From Actinomycetota bacterium (GTDB taxonomy: Bacteria > Actinomycetota > JAHEXW01 > JAGVPG01): a DNA stretch of 64,000 nt. The DNA lies in NCBI GenBank assembly GCA_020052375.1, contig JAGVPG010000021.1, positions 129,811-193,810 of the forward strand. The letters run 5' to 3'. Each line of letters begins with the position of its first letter. The stretch's first letter is position 1. A program made the translations under genes and the position numbers. Below, in pieces: positions 27,259 through 36,933 of the stretch. The notes under the pieces were generated by a model. It was not told the origin of the DNA and ran no database searches. It saw nothing but the letters and a program-made list of their open reading frames with translations.

Positions 27259-29616
27259 TTATTTTCTTATCTCCGCGCCGACCTTGTTTATCAGAACCTC
27301 CACTACCTGCATCTTCCCCTGTATCGCTTCCTGATCGGTCAACGTGCGGTCCGGCGCCTGGAATACCAGATGATAAGCCATGCTCTTCTTTCCTGCCGGT
27401 ATATGACTGCCTTTATATTCGTCAAATAATTCCGCGTCCTTCAATATGTGACCGGCAGCGCTTTTTATGACTACATCCAGCTGTTCAGCGCTGATCGTAT
27501 CATCGACTATCACCGCCACGTCTTCTACGATCGATGGATAACGGGAAGGTGCGGTCACGTTTCTGCCTGCAGGTATTTGTCCCACGATCCTGTCCGCTGA
27601 GATCTCGAATATGAATACGTCCCCTTCGATCTCATATCTTGCGGCTACTGCGGGGTGCAGCTTTCCGATATATCCTACTTCCTCACCTTCCGTCTTTATT
27701 ACGGCCGATTGTCCCGGTTGAAGCCAGCTCATCTCCTGCTTCTCAAGCCGCCATTCATCTATTCCCGACCTCTCCATCACGGCCTGGATGATACCTTTTG
27801 CATCGAAGAAATCAGCTTTGATCGATTTCGCATACCAGTGGTCCCTTTCCCATGGCCCCCATAAGAGGCCCGCCGCTCTTACTTCCTCCTCAGGCAGATC
27901 CTTACTCTTTTGGCCCTTGAACGTCCTACCCATCTCGAATATATGCATGTTCGCGTTCCCATAGCTCGCGTTGTATCTTAGCACTCGCATCAACCCGGGT
28001 AGCAATGTAGGCCTCAGGATGCCTTGTTCCGCGCTTAACGGGTTCTTCAACTTAAGGAGATCGCCTATGACCTCAGGATCATTCATGGCCAAACGGTCCA
28101 GGTCGGCCGGATCTATGAACGCGTACGTTATCACTTCCTGAAGACCTGCGGATACCAGAGTGTCCCTTAACCGCCATACGGCTTTCTGCTTCTGGTCCAG
28201 ACCCCCGTGACGGCCTCCGCTTCTCGGTAGCGTAGACTCTATCCGCTCGAATCCGTATATCCTGGCTATCTCTTCGACCAGGTCTATCTCCCTCTCTATG
28301 TCCGGCCTGAATGTCGGCACCGTCACTTTCATTTCCGGACCATCCGTGACTTCGAACTCTATGCTGTTAAGATACTTCTTCATGTCTTTTTTTTCTATCG
28401 ACGTCCCCAGTATCTTGTTGACTCTCTCCTGACGAAGACTTAAAGTCGTCGGCTTGATACGTTTTGGATATTCATCTATCGATCCGCGCAACACACGACC
28501 TCCGGCGATATCCTGCATCATCTGAGCCGCTCTTTCGGCGGCATGCAGTGTCGATTCCGGGTCTATGCCGCGCTCGAACCTGCTTGACGCCTCCGACCGC
28601 AGGTCCAGAGCATATGATGTCCGGCATATGTTTGACGGTTTGAAATAAGCCGACTCGATCAGGCATTCGATCGTCGATGCGCTTATCTCCGTATCGGCGC
28701 CTCCCATTATGCCGGCTATGGCGACCGGTCTTTCAGCATCAGCTATAACGAGCATCTCATCGGTCAAAGCTCTTTTTACGCCATCGAGCGTTTCTATCTC
28801 TTCCCTTTTTCCGGCCCGCCTTACGATGATCTTGTTTCCCTTCAATATCTTAAGATCGAACGCATGTAAGGGTTGTCCCGTTTCCACCAGGACATAATTG
28901 GTGATATCAACAAGGTTGTTCACCGGCCTTATGCCCGCTTTATTAAGCCTTATTCTCATCCAAAGAGGAGACTTGTCTACCTTTAGTCCGGTCACGATCC
29001 GCGAGGAGTATCTCGGGCATAGATCAGGATCCTTGATGTCAATGGAAGCTTTGGTGCTTGATCGCGGATCTACCTCGACGATCTTGACGTCCGGAGTCCT
29101 TACCTTCACGCCGGTCAGCACAGCGACCTCCCGTGCCATTCCGATCATCGACATACAGTCCGGCCGGTTCGGAGTTATCTCAAAGTCTATTACCGTATCA
29201 TCCAGTTCAAGGATATTGTTCAGGTCGGTTCCGATCTCCGGATCGTCCTGTAAAACCAGGATACCCGATGCATCTTCACCCAGTCCGAGCTCTGTTTCCG
29301 ACGCTATCATGCCTTCAGACGTTACTCCGCGGAGTTCAGCCATCTTTATCTCAACGCCTCCCGGCAACGTACCGCCAACGGTGACTACGGGTACTTTCTG
29401 TCCTTTGCCCACATTTGGTGCTCCGCATACGATATTCAGATCTTTTGCCTGGCCTATATCTAATGTACATACTCTCAGGCGGTCTGCGGATGGATGAGGT
29501 GAAACATCCTTTACCAGGCCTACTTTCACACCTTTGAAAGCTGATGCGGTCTTCTGGACAGCTTCGACGGCCGAACCTGTCATCTCAAGACGCTCTGCAA
29601 GCTCTTCAGCTGTCAT
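27259..29616 (-). CDS. pheT: phenylalanyl-tRNA synthetase beta subunit
   Basis: 785 aa with tRNA-binding, B3/4, B5 and FDX-ACB domain order. Confidence 0.93.
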   Translation of the reverse strand: MTAEELAERLEMTGSAVEAVQKTASAFKGVKVGLVKDVSPHPSADRLRVCTLDIGQAKDLNIVCGAPNVGKGQKVPVVTVGGTLPGGVEIKMAELRGVTSEGMIASETELGLGEDASGILVLQDDPEIGTDLNNILELDDTVIDFEITPNRPDCMSMIGMAREVAVLTGVKVRTPDVKIVEVDPRSSTKASIDIKDPDLCPRYSSRIVTGLKVDKSPLWMRIRLNKAGIRPVNNLVDITNYVLVETGQPLHAFDLKILKGNKIIVRRAGKREEIETLDGVKRALTDEMLVIADAERPVAIAGIMGGADTEISASTIECLIESAYFKPSNICRTSYALDLRSEASSRFERGIDPESTLHAAERAAQMMQDIAGGRVLRGSIDEYPKRIKPTTLSLRQERVNKILGTSIEKKDMKKYLNSIEFEVTDGPEMKVTVPTFRPDIEREIDLVEEIARIYGFERIESTLPRSGGRHGGLDQKQKAVWRLRDTLVSAGLQEVITYAFIDPADLDRLAMNDPEVIGDLLKLKNPLSAEQGILRPTLLPGLMRVLRYNASYGNANMHIFEMGRTFKGQKSKDLPEEEVRAAGLLWGPWERDHWYAKSIKADFFDAKGIIQAVMERSGIDEWRLEKQEMSWLQPGQSAVIKTEGEEVGYIGKLHPAVAARYEIEGDVFIFEISADRIVGQIPAGRNVTAPSRYPSIVEDVAVIVDDTISAEQLDVVIKSAAGHILKDAELFDEYKGSHIPAGKKSMAYHLVFQAPDRTLTDQEAIQGKMQVVEVLINKVGAEIRK

Positions 29617-29676
29617 ATCAAAATCAACAAATTCTTTTAACCATCTAAGCGATATCTTCAGCTCTTCCTCACTTCC

Positions 29677-30729
29677 CTATTTAAACTGCTCCAGAAATCT
29701 CACATCGTTCTCGAAGAACATCCTGATATCAGTTATCCCGTATTTAAGCATCGCTATACGATCCGGTGCCATCCCGAAGGCAAAACCCGAGACTTCTTCA
29801 GGATCATATCCGACGACTTCGAACACATTGGGGTCTATTATGCCCGCTCCCAGTATTTCCAGCCAGCCGGTATGCGAGCATACCCTGCATCCTTTTCCTC
29901 CGCAGACGATGCACGATACGTCTACTTCCGCGCTGGGTTCTGTGAACGGAAAGAAATGAGGTCTGAACCTGACTTTTCTTCCTGCTCCGAACATCTTCTC
30001 GCAAAACGCTTCGAGTGTTCCCTTTAGATCCCCGAATGTTATCTCCTTATCTACGGCAAAGCCTTCCACCTGGTGAAACATCGGAGAGTGAGTCGGGTCC
30101 GGCACATCCGGCCGGTATACCTTTCCGGGGACTATAACATATAAAGGTGGTTTCGAGTTTTCCATCACTCTTATCTGGGCAGGTGATGTCTGAGTCCTCA
30201 ATAGAGTCCTCTCATCCCCGCAACCGGCTCTTTCTTCAAGGTAGAAGGTAGCCTGTAGAGTCCTGGCCGGATGGTCTTCCGGGGTGTTCAATGCTGTAAA
30301 GTTGTAGTAGTCGGTTTCGACTTCTCCCGTCTCCACCATCCGGTAGCCAAGTCCGACGAATATCTCGACTATCTCTTCGATAGTCTGCGTTATCACGTGT
30401 TTGCTACCCAACCTCGCGGTGCGCCCCGGTTTTGTTATATCTTCGGATCCCGTCTCAATCTTAGCCGCCATTGAATTCCCGGTTATGATACTGCTTCTTT
30501 TGTTCAATGAATTCTCAATGTCTTTTCTTACATCATTGGCGGTTTTTCCGACTTTTGGCTTGATCTCCGAAGGTATATCTTTTAAGGTCTTGAGGATCTC
30601 CGTCAATCTGCTTTTTCTCCCCAGATATTTTACACGGATATCGTCAAAATCCCGCTCCGAGGCTCTTTCTATATCAGCCAACGCTTGTTTTCTTATTTTT
30701 TCCAGCTCATCAAGCACTTTGCCGCTCAA
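29677..30729 (-). CDS. pheS: phenylalanyl-tRNA synthetase alpha subunit
   Basis: Class II aaRS motifs (FRPHFFPFTEPSAE). TTG start with AAGAGGA SD. Confidence 0.93.
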   Translation of the reverse strand: MSGKVLDELEKIRKQALADIERASERDFDDIRVKYLGRKSRLTEILKTLKDIPSEIKPKVGKTANDVRKDIENSLNKRSSIITGNSMAAKIETGSEDITKPGRTARLGSKHVITQTIEEIVEIFVGLGYRMVETGEVETDYYNFTALNTPEDHPARTLQATFYLEERAGCGDERTLLRTQTSPAQIRVMENSKPPLYVIVPGKVYRPDVPDPTHSPMFHQVEGFAVDKEITFGDLKGTLEAFCEKMFGAGRKVRFRPHFFPFTEPSAEVDVSCIVCGGKGCRVCSHTGWLEILGAGIIDPNVFEVVGYDPEEVSGFAFGMAPDRIAMLKYGITDIRMFFENDVRFLEQFK

Positions 30730-30785
30730 ATTACCATCCTCTTATTTGACTTCAGTCCTCATCCTTCAGCTCTTCATCCTATAAT

Positions 30786-30820
30786 ATCAAACAGCGGGGT
30801 TTTCATGCCCCGCTGTTTTG
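30786..30820 (-). terminator. rho-independent terminator downstream of rplT
   Basis: Hairpin AAACAGCGGGG-CATGAAAA-CCCCGCTGTTT (coding strand) followed by a U-rich tract. Confidence 0.5.
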
Positions 30821-30856
30821 AAACCGTAAATGTCTTACTGATCGCCTCTTGTTTCT

Positions 30857-31216
30857 TTAAGCGTTCACTTTTTGTTTCGCCAGTTCGACAAGCCTTGCAA
30901 ACGCGTTCGGATCAGATATAGCCATATCGGACAGTATCTTCCTGTCCAGATCGACCTCGGCCTTCTTCAATCCGTTTATAAATTTGCTATATGACATACC
31001 GTGTTCCCTCGTCGCTGCGCCGATCCTCGTTATCCATAGCCTGCGGAATTCGCCCTTACGGGCGCGCCTATCCCTATAGGCATACATCAGCGAGTGCATC
31101 ACCTGTTCTTTTGCGGCACGATATGTCCTGCTCTTTGCGCCGTAATAACCGCGAGCCAGCTTTAATATCTTGCGCCTTTTTCTGGTGCGCTCGCTGCCTC
31201 TTTTTATCCTCGTCAT
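30857..31216 (-). CDS. rplT: 50S ribosomal protein L20
   Basis: [26 protein letters not shown] matches the L20 N-terminus. Confidence 0.93.
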   Translation of the reverse strand: MTRIKRGSERTRKRRKILKLARGYYGAKSRTYRAAKEQVMHSLMYAYRDRRARKGEFRRLWITRIGAATREHGMSYSKFINGLKKAEVDLDRKILSDMAISDPNAFARLVELAKQKVNA

Positions 31217-31250
31217 GTTCTAAGCTCCTTTAAACTCTTTTACAACCGGA

Positions 31251-31445
31251 CTATTTAGCTAAAAGCTTCTTAAGCCGTTTTTCATCGGAAGGTCCGACTA
31301 TAAGCGGCTTTTCAAGGCTTCTTTTTCTCTTGCTTGTCTTTTTACCCAGTATATGGCTATCGAAAGCCTGCTTTCTTTTAAGCTTTCCATTCGCAGTGAC
31401 CTTAAACCTCTTCGCCGCTCCCGAATGTGTCTTCTGCTTCGGCAC
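31251..31445 (-). CDS. rpmI: 50S ribosomal protein L35
   Basis: [25 protein letters not shown] matches L35. Confidence 0.9.
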   Translation of the reverse strand: MPKQKTHSGAAKRFKVTANGKLKRKQAFDSHILGKKTSKRKRSLEKPLIVGPSDEKRLKKLLAK

Positions 31446-31971
31446 TTGCCTTTTCCTCCTTCTTTACGACCGGTGCCAGTACCATTATCATATCCCGGCC
31501 GTCTACTTTCGGTTGTGCTTCTATCGTCGCCAGTTCTTGCACTTCTTCAAACAATCTGTCCAGGAGCTTTTTCCCAAGATCCGTGTGATCCATTTCGCGC
31601 CCCCTGAACATTATGACCACTTTTACTTTATCTCCGTGGTTTAAGAATCTCTCTACATGCTTCCTTTTGGTCGCGAAATCATGATTATCTATTTTGGGAC
31701 GCAGTTTTATCTCTTTAATGACGATAAGCGACTGCTTCTTCTTAGCCCTTTTCGCTTTTCTCTCCTGTTCGTATCTATATTTACCATAATCCATGATCCG
31801 GCAAACAGGAGGATCCGCTTGTGCAGCCACTTCCACGAGGTCCAGTTCTTCCGCGTAGGCGATGCTCATCGCCTCTTGCAGCGGCTTTACTCCCAATTGA
31901 GTCCCATCGGCTGCTATCAGCCTGACTTGCTTGGCAGTAATACCGTCATTGACCCTGACCGAAGATGTTAT
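31402..31971 (-). CDS. infC: translation initiation factor IF-3; probable non-canonical (AUA/AUU) start
   Basis: IF-3 N- and C-domains ([25 protein letters not shown]...). The frame is open upstream of the TTG reported by the ORF track, as far as a stop at 31987-31989. An AAGGTGGTGG SD sits 7 nt before ATA at 31971-31969. Confidence 0.85.
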   Translation of the reverse strand: MTSSVRVNDGITAKQVRLIAADGTQLGVKPLQEAMSIAYAEELDLVEVAAQADPPVCRIMDYGKYRYEQERKAKRAKKKQSLIVIKEIKLRPKIDNHDFATKRKHVERFLNHGDKVKVVIMFRGREMDHTDLGKKLLDRLFEEVQELATIEAQPKVDGRDMIMVLAPVVKKEEKASAEAEDTFGSGEEV

Positions 31972-32100
31972 TCTGCGTCCACCACCTTAAAAACAAATAG
32001 CGTGCGGTCGCACATACTAGAATTGAATGGCCGACACGCACTAGTCATATAGTATATACTGCTCATGTGGTATTGTCTAGAGTCTTTAAGACAGGTCACC

Positions 32101-33171
32101 CTAAGCGTCTGCTTCCGCTTCTTTTACGAGATCGCTGATCAGTTCCTTGACTGTCATGATCCGTTCTATCCGGTAAGCATTCTCTCCGGCAAACGCGAAT
32201 CCGTAGTCGAACTCGCCACGCTTAGCGTTTATCAAGGCTTTCGCTATACAGTATATGCTCTTCCTTGGATTACACGTGACCAGGCAATGATATGAACAAC
32301 TAAAAGGCACCTTCTCACCTGAATGCACCTTTACCAGAAAATCGTTCTTTATAGCTCTACCCGGCATCCCTACCGGACTTTTTATAACCATCAGATCTTC
32401 TTTTTTAGCTCTTACAAAATATTCCTTGAACGCCGGAGACGCGTCGCATTCCTCGGTCGCTACGAAGCGCGTTCCCATCTGTACTCCGGCTGCTCCCATC
32501 CTTAAAAACTTGACTATATCCTTGCCTGTATAGATACCACCGGCAGCAATAACCGGTATTTTTTTCTTGTATGTATCTTCCCAGGGCTTTAAAGCCTCCA
32601 TGACATCTTTGACCAGCTTCTCCAGCTTGTAATCGTCTATTTCTTCCAGCTGTTCCATTGTAAATCCCAGATGGCCACCGGCCAGCGGTCCCTCAACGAC
32701 TACCGCATCCGGTATCCTCTTATATCGCTGGTGCCATGCTTTACAGATCACCCCCGCTGCTCTTCCGGAAGACACTATAGGTGCCAGTTTTGTACGACAT
32801 TTTTCACCTGCGATCTTTGGCAGGCTCAATGGCAAACCCGCCCCGCTGAAGATGATATCTATGCCTTCCTCGATCGATACGCGCACCATATCCTGGAAGT
32901 TCGTCAAGGCCACCATGATGTTTACTCCGATTATGCCCTTGGTCATCTGTCTCGCTTTGCGGATCTCTTTCCTTAGAGCCCTGATATTTGATTCTTCGAA
33001 TTCTTTTTCCCAGTCTTCCTCTTCCATACCGATACCGGCCGTGCCTATCACGCCTATCGCGCCCTCATTGGCTACTGCGGCCGCGAGGCACGCCAGGGAT
33101 ATACCGACGCTCATTCCACCCTGGACTATCGGTATTTGCGCTACCAGATCACCTATGACCAGACTTGGCAA
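32101..33171 (-). CDS. nitronate monooxygenase-family FMN oxidoreductase (FabK-like enoyl-ACP reductase II candidate)
   Basis: NMO/2-nitropropane dioxygenase TIM-barrel signature (GGMSVGISLACLAAAVANEGAIGVIGTAG). TTG start. Confidence 0.75.
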   Translation of the reverse strand: MPSLVIGDLVAQIPIVQGGMSVGISLACLAAAVANEGAIGVIGTAGIGMEEEDWEKEFEESNIRALRKEIRKARQMTKGIIGVNIMVALTNFQDMVRVSIEEGIDIIFSGAGLPLSLPKIAGEKCRTKLAPIVSSGRAAGVICKAWHQRYKRIPDAVVVEGPLAGGHLGFTMEQLEEIDDYKLEKLVKDVMEALKPWEDTYKKKIPVIAAGGIYTGKDIVKFLRMGAAGVQMGTRFVATEECDASPAFKEYFVRAKKEDLMVIKSPVGMPGRAIKNDFLVKVHSGEKVPFSCSYHCLVTCNPRKSIYCIAKALINAKRGEFDYGFAFAGENAYRIERIMTVKELISDLVKEAEADA

Positions 33172-33282
33172 TTGAAATATGATTCCCTCCCGACGTTAAG
33201 AAAAGACCCAGTCACCCAGATCTTTTCGATAGAACTTTACGAATCTCTCATCGACATAACGCAATTATACCACAGCCGTCTT

Positions 33283-33843
33283 TCACACTCTTGTTATATA
33301 CTGACCTGTGCGCGTATCTATCTTTATGACATTCCCGACTTCTACGAACAATGGTACTTGAACTATCGCTCCCGTTTCAAGCGTGGCCGGTTTTGTCCCA
33401 CTCGTAGCCGTATCTCCTTTAAAACCCGGGTCCGTTTGGTTGACTTTAAGTTCCACTGATATCGGTATCTCTATTATCGTCGCCTTCCCCTGATAAAACG
33501 ATATCTGGATCTCCATGTTTTCCTTCAGATACTTCTCATGGTCGCCTACCTTAGCCGGCGGCAACTGGTATTGTTCATATGAATCCGTATCCATAAACAC
33601 ATAGTTCTCGCCGTCCTTGTAAAGATACTGCGCCCGCTTATGATCGAGATGAGCCGGTTTTACCTTTTCTCCGGCTCTAAAAGTCCTGTCTATAATGGAA
33701 TCGTTTTTAAGGTTTCTAAGCTTCGTACGTACAAAAGCCGGTCCTTTACCCGGTTTGACATGTTGGAACTCGATTATCTCGAAAAGTACGCCGTCCTCCA
33801 GTTCCAATGCCATGCCGTTCTTCAACTGATTGGTCGTTATCAT
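33283..33843 (-). CDS. efp: elongation factor P
   Basis: 186 aa; KPGKGPAFVRTKLRNLKN loop with the conserved modified Lys. Confidence 0.93.
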   Translation of the reverse strand: MITTNQLKNGMALELEDGVLFEIIEFQHVKPGKGPAFVRTKLRNLKNDSIIDRTFRAGEKVKPAHLDHKRAQYLYKDGENYVFMDTDSYEQYQLPPAKVGDHEKYLKENMEIQISFYQGKATIIEIPISVELKVNQTDPGFKGDTATSGTKPATLETGAIVQVPLFVEVGNVIKIDTRTGQYITRV

Positions 33844-33875
33844 CCTTTATTCTTCCTCACTTCCGCGCTTCTTCC

Positions 33876-34955
33876 TCACAGCTCTATCAGTTCTTTCGTG
33901 AAATCCGTCAGCACTTCCGGGCCACGTCCAGTCATCACTACCGTATCTTCGATCCTTACTCCCCCGAACCCCGGTTTATACAAGCCCGGCTCCACAGTGA
34001 ACACTGTATCTTTTTTTAACTCGTCTTTTCCGCCCGGCGCCAGTGCCGGAGATTCATGCACCTCAAGCCCTACGCCATGCCCCAGACCGTGGATGAAAAT
34101 GTCACCATATCCGTGTTCATCCAAGACTTTTCTCGCCAGGTCATCCGCCGTGCCTCCGGACATGCCGGGTTCAAGCCCGTCCAATGCCCGTGTTTGTGCT
34201 TCCCTCACTGTCTGATACATCGAACGCTGTCTTTCATCTGCGTTGCCTATAATAAACGTCCTGGTCATATCCGAGAAATATCCATTATAACAGACGCCCA
34301 TATCTATCAGCACAAAATCGCCTTTATCTATCTTTTTTTCAGAGACCCCGGCATGCGGCATCGCAGATCTCTCTCCGCTGGCTACTATAATATCGAACGC
34401 GGCTTTGTCCACCCCATGCCCGTGTATAAAACAATACAGTTCAGAAACTATATCAGACTCTTTTACTCCCTGATCTAGAAAATCCACGATATGTTTAAAT
34501 GAGTTACTTGTGATCTCGGACGCTATCCTTATGTTTTTAAGCTCATGATCGTCTTTAGTCAAGCGCAGCTTTTCGACCGGGCGGCCCGCCGCCTTAAGTC
34601 GTATATCCAATCCCTCTTTTTTTGACTTGTCTTTGAATCTCTCAAAGTCCTCGACATATACCGCATGTTCTTCATACAGACAGTTGTCTATCTTTCGCTT
34701 CTTCAGTACATCCAGCAGGCCCTTCCATACATTCACTGTTTGAAGTATCTCCACTGCGTTTACTTCTTCTTTGGCGCGTTCAGTGTATCGCGCGTCGACT
34801 ATCAAGGTCGCTTCTTGTCCGTTTATAAAAAGGATACCGGTAGTCCCGCGGAAACCGCATAGGTAGAATATGTTCTCGAGTTTTGTTACGATCAGGGATC
34901 TTTCAGATTCAGGATCTAACGCTTCTATAAGCCTTTTCAGTCTTTTTGAATGCAA
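33876..34955 (-). CDS. Xaa-Pro aminopeptidase (M24B)
   Basis: HGLGHGVGLEVHE metal-binding motif plus a creatinase-like N-domain. aroQ-pepP-efp synteny as in Bacillus (yqhS-yqhT-efp). Confidence 0.85.
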   Translation of the reverse strand: MHSKRLKRLIEALDPESERSLIVTKLENIFYLCGFRGTTGILFINGQEATLIVDARYTERAKEEVNAVEILQTVNVWKGLLDVLKKRKIDNCLYEEHAVYVEDFERFKDKSKKEGLDIRLKAAGRPVEKLRLTKDDHELKNIRIASEITSNSFKHIVDFLDQGVKESDIVSELYCFIHGHGVDKAAFDIIVASGERSAMPHAGVSEKKIDKGDFVLIDMGVCYNGYFSDMTRTFIIGNADERQRSMYQTVREAQTRALDGLEPGMSGGTADDLARKVLDEHGYGDIFIHGLGHGVGLEVHESPALAPGGKDELKKDTVFTVEPGLYKPGFGGVRIEDTVVMTGRGPEVLTDFTKELIEL

Positions 34956-34978
34956 GCTGCCTACCTAAATAAGCCGGT

Positions 34979-36283
34979 CTATTTCCTTGTCTCCTGCCAT
35001 GATATCACTTCAAAACCGGCGTTCACAGGTTCCAGGAAATGAGGTGGACAATTATATTCCATGCGTGCATCAAAACTATAATTCTTGTGATACCCGGTCG
35101 AATGGGCTCCGAACGTGCCTACGGGTCCCCTATACTTCTGCGCGATAGAACCGAAGACCGTCAGCGTCCCCTTCTGGCTCCCTTCATCATACCTTTCGAA
35201 ACCGAATGAGTGGTTGACGGCTACTATGGCAGCATCTATTCGTATATCGAACGGGGCCACGTCGACTCCCGTCCTTGAATAATGGTTTACAAAGACATAG
35301 TTCTCTCCGACGAGCCCCAGCATATCGTTATCAGGACTGTTATAACGTAAGTCTCCGGTCACATATACGATGTTTCTGGCCGCGATGGTCAGAAGCCCGG
35401 ATATGTTCCCTGATACATAACAGTCGCCGTTGTTCGCGCTCCATTTCGCACCGGCGTTCCCGTCTACATAAATGACGCCGTTAGCCGGCATCGATACGTT
35501 GCCTTTCGGCCCCGTAGTCCTGCCCGATGTATCGTTATTAACGATATTCAAGGATGTACCGTTCAACGTTATTGTGGTCTCTCCGTAATAATAGTACCCG
35601 TTCTGTTCCGCAAAAGTCTTTAGCTGGAGGTTTGTCGCCGGGAAATCTACCGGGTCGGCATGCTCTTTATAGCCTTGATCGAAAACCGGCGTTCCGTTAC
35701 GGCTATCCAGAGTGCCGCTCATAGTGACCGCCCTCATGAAATGCGGTTGTCCGTCAGTGTGTAAGTTGTCGTTCGTATGCAGCGGCCCGTCGACTACGTC
35801 CCCGGTTATCCACCATATCTTTGTCGTCGTACCTTCGATCATTTCATTGTCGGTTATGTATATATAGTTTGTGAACTGGCGTTTTCTTATTTTTGCCGTG
35901 ATCGTCCTAGTCACATACGCTCCTGTCGGGCCTTTGACACGTCCCGTAGACTCCACAGTGACCATCGGTACGTTTCCCGCTGGCGGCGTGATGTTCAGAT
36001 GGTATTCTCCCGGTCCCCAGGCCAGCCAATTATCCTGGCCTTCCGCCGGATGGACATAGTTCAGATAGTAGTCGTTGTCTTTGTTCAATCGCCAGATATA
36101 GTCATTAACACCGGCTTCAGAGACATTCACGGCCTTATCGGTCGTACTCTGACGGTATACCATCATCCGTTCACCCATAACAAGAGTCAGTGACGCTCCC
36201 ATTATCAGCATGACCAGTGCAACGATACCTATCGCAGCCGGTGTCGATATACCTTTTTCACTTTTCAATCTCATCTTTTTCAT
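34979..36283 (-). CDS. large PilX/PilK-like pilus-associated protein (minor-pilin module 2)
   Basis: 434 aa. N-terminal hydrophobic PilX_N-like segment (GISTPAAIGIVALVMLIMGASLTLVMG). It shares an IYVDGN motif with the 471-aa paralog at 45191..46606, and directly follows the two prepilin-like genes. Confidence 0.5.
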   Translation of the reverse strand: MKKMRLKSEKGISTPAAIGIVALVMLIMGASLTLVMGERMMVYRQSTTDKAVNVSEAGVNDYIWRLNKDNDYYLNYVHPAEGQDNWLAWGPGEYHLNITPPAGNVPMVTVESTGRVKGPTGAYVTRTITAKIRKRQFTNYIYITDNEMIEGTTTKIWWITGDVVDGPLHTNDNLHTDGQPHFMRAVTMSGTLDSRNGTPVFDQGYKEHADPVDFPATNLQLKTFAEQNGYYYYGETTITLNGTSLNIVNNDTSGRTTGPKGNVSMPANGVIYVDGNAGAKWSANNGDCYVSGNISGLLTIAARNIVYVTGDLRYNSPDNDMLGLVGENYVFVNHYSRTGVDVAPFDIRIDAAIVAVNHSFGFERYDEGSQKGTLTVFGSIAQKYRGPVGTFGAHSTGYHKNYSFDARMEYNCPPHFLEPVNAGFEVISWQETRK

Positions 36284-36285
36284 GA

Positions 36286-36921
36286 TCAGTCCCTGTTCCT
36301 AAGGCTTAATTCCTCATCTTGTATAGATGGCGCCGGTTCCTTTTCCGTGTTCTTGTCGCATACTATGTGTATCCTGATCAGGCTTATCCTGGCCCTATCC
36401 GCCTGACTTGCCGGTATGAATTGAACCTGATCAGAATCCAAATATGTGAATATCGGATTGCCTGTATCGTTTCTTACCAACTCCCCAACGGGCTCGCTTT
36501 GTTCTCCGCCCGTATATACCCATGGCGGCCCGCCCGGATCGGGTCGTGTCTCCCCCTTGATCAACTGGGTCCCCGTTAAGTAATAATGGAACCTTGTCGG
36601 GCCTTCATCGGTTGAGACGGTCCTGTAGAAAGTGATCTCGTTAGCGTTCGCCGTCTCTATGATAGGCACTACGCCATCCTTACTCTCAGCCGTTCTTATC
36701 TCCCATAACAGATTGCCGGCTATCGTACTTGCTTCACGGTCGGCGTCGGACCTGTCTTGAGACTCCTGTAAAGCTCTAAGCCCGAATCCGAAGAAGTTCG
36801 CCATTACCGCGAACCCGATCATCATGAGCACTATAGTCATCATGAGTTCTGATATCGTGAAGCCTTTCTCGTCCTCTTTTAAGTTTTTCCGTATCCTCGA
36901 TATCTTTGACATCTTCGACAT
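36286..36921 (-). CDS. prepilin-type minor pilin (PilW/GspJ-like)
   Basis: Class III signal with prepilin cleavage motif KG|FTISELMMTIVLMMIGFAV. Confidence 0.6.
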   Translation of the reverse strand: MSKMSKISRIRKNLKEDEKGFTISELMMTIVLMMIGFAVMANFFGFGLRALQESQDRSDADREASTIAGNLLWEIRTAESKDGVVPIIETANANEITFYRTVSTDEGPTRFHYYLTGTQLIKGETRPDPGGPPWVYTGGEQSEPVGELVRNDTGNPIFTYLDSDQVQFIPASQADRARISLIRIHIVCDKNTEKEPAPSIQDEELSLRNRD

Positions 36922-36933
36922 CCTTGACTTCCT

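Noticed and set aside
31990-32100. Possible tRNA or leader ncRNA between the FabK-like gene and infC.
   Set aside because: No cloverleaf-compatible sequence (no GTTC-loop or conserved D/T-arm motifs) and no obvious stable structure. It is more likely the infC promoter/leader region.
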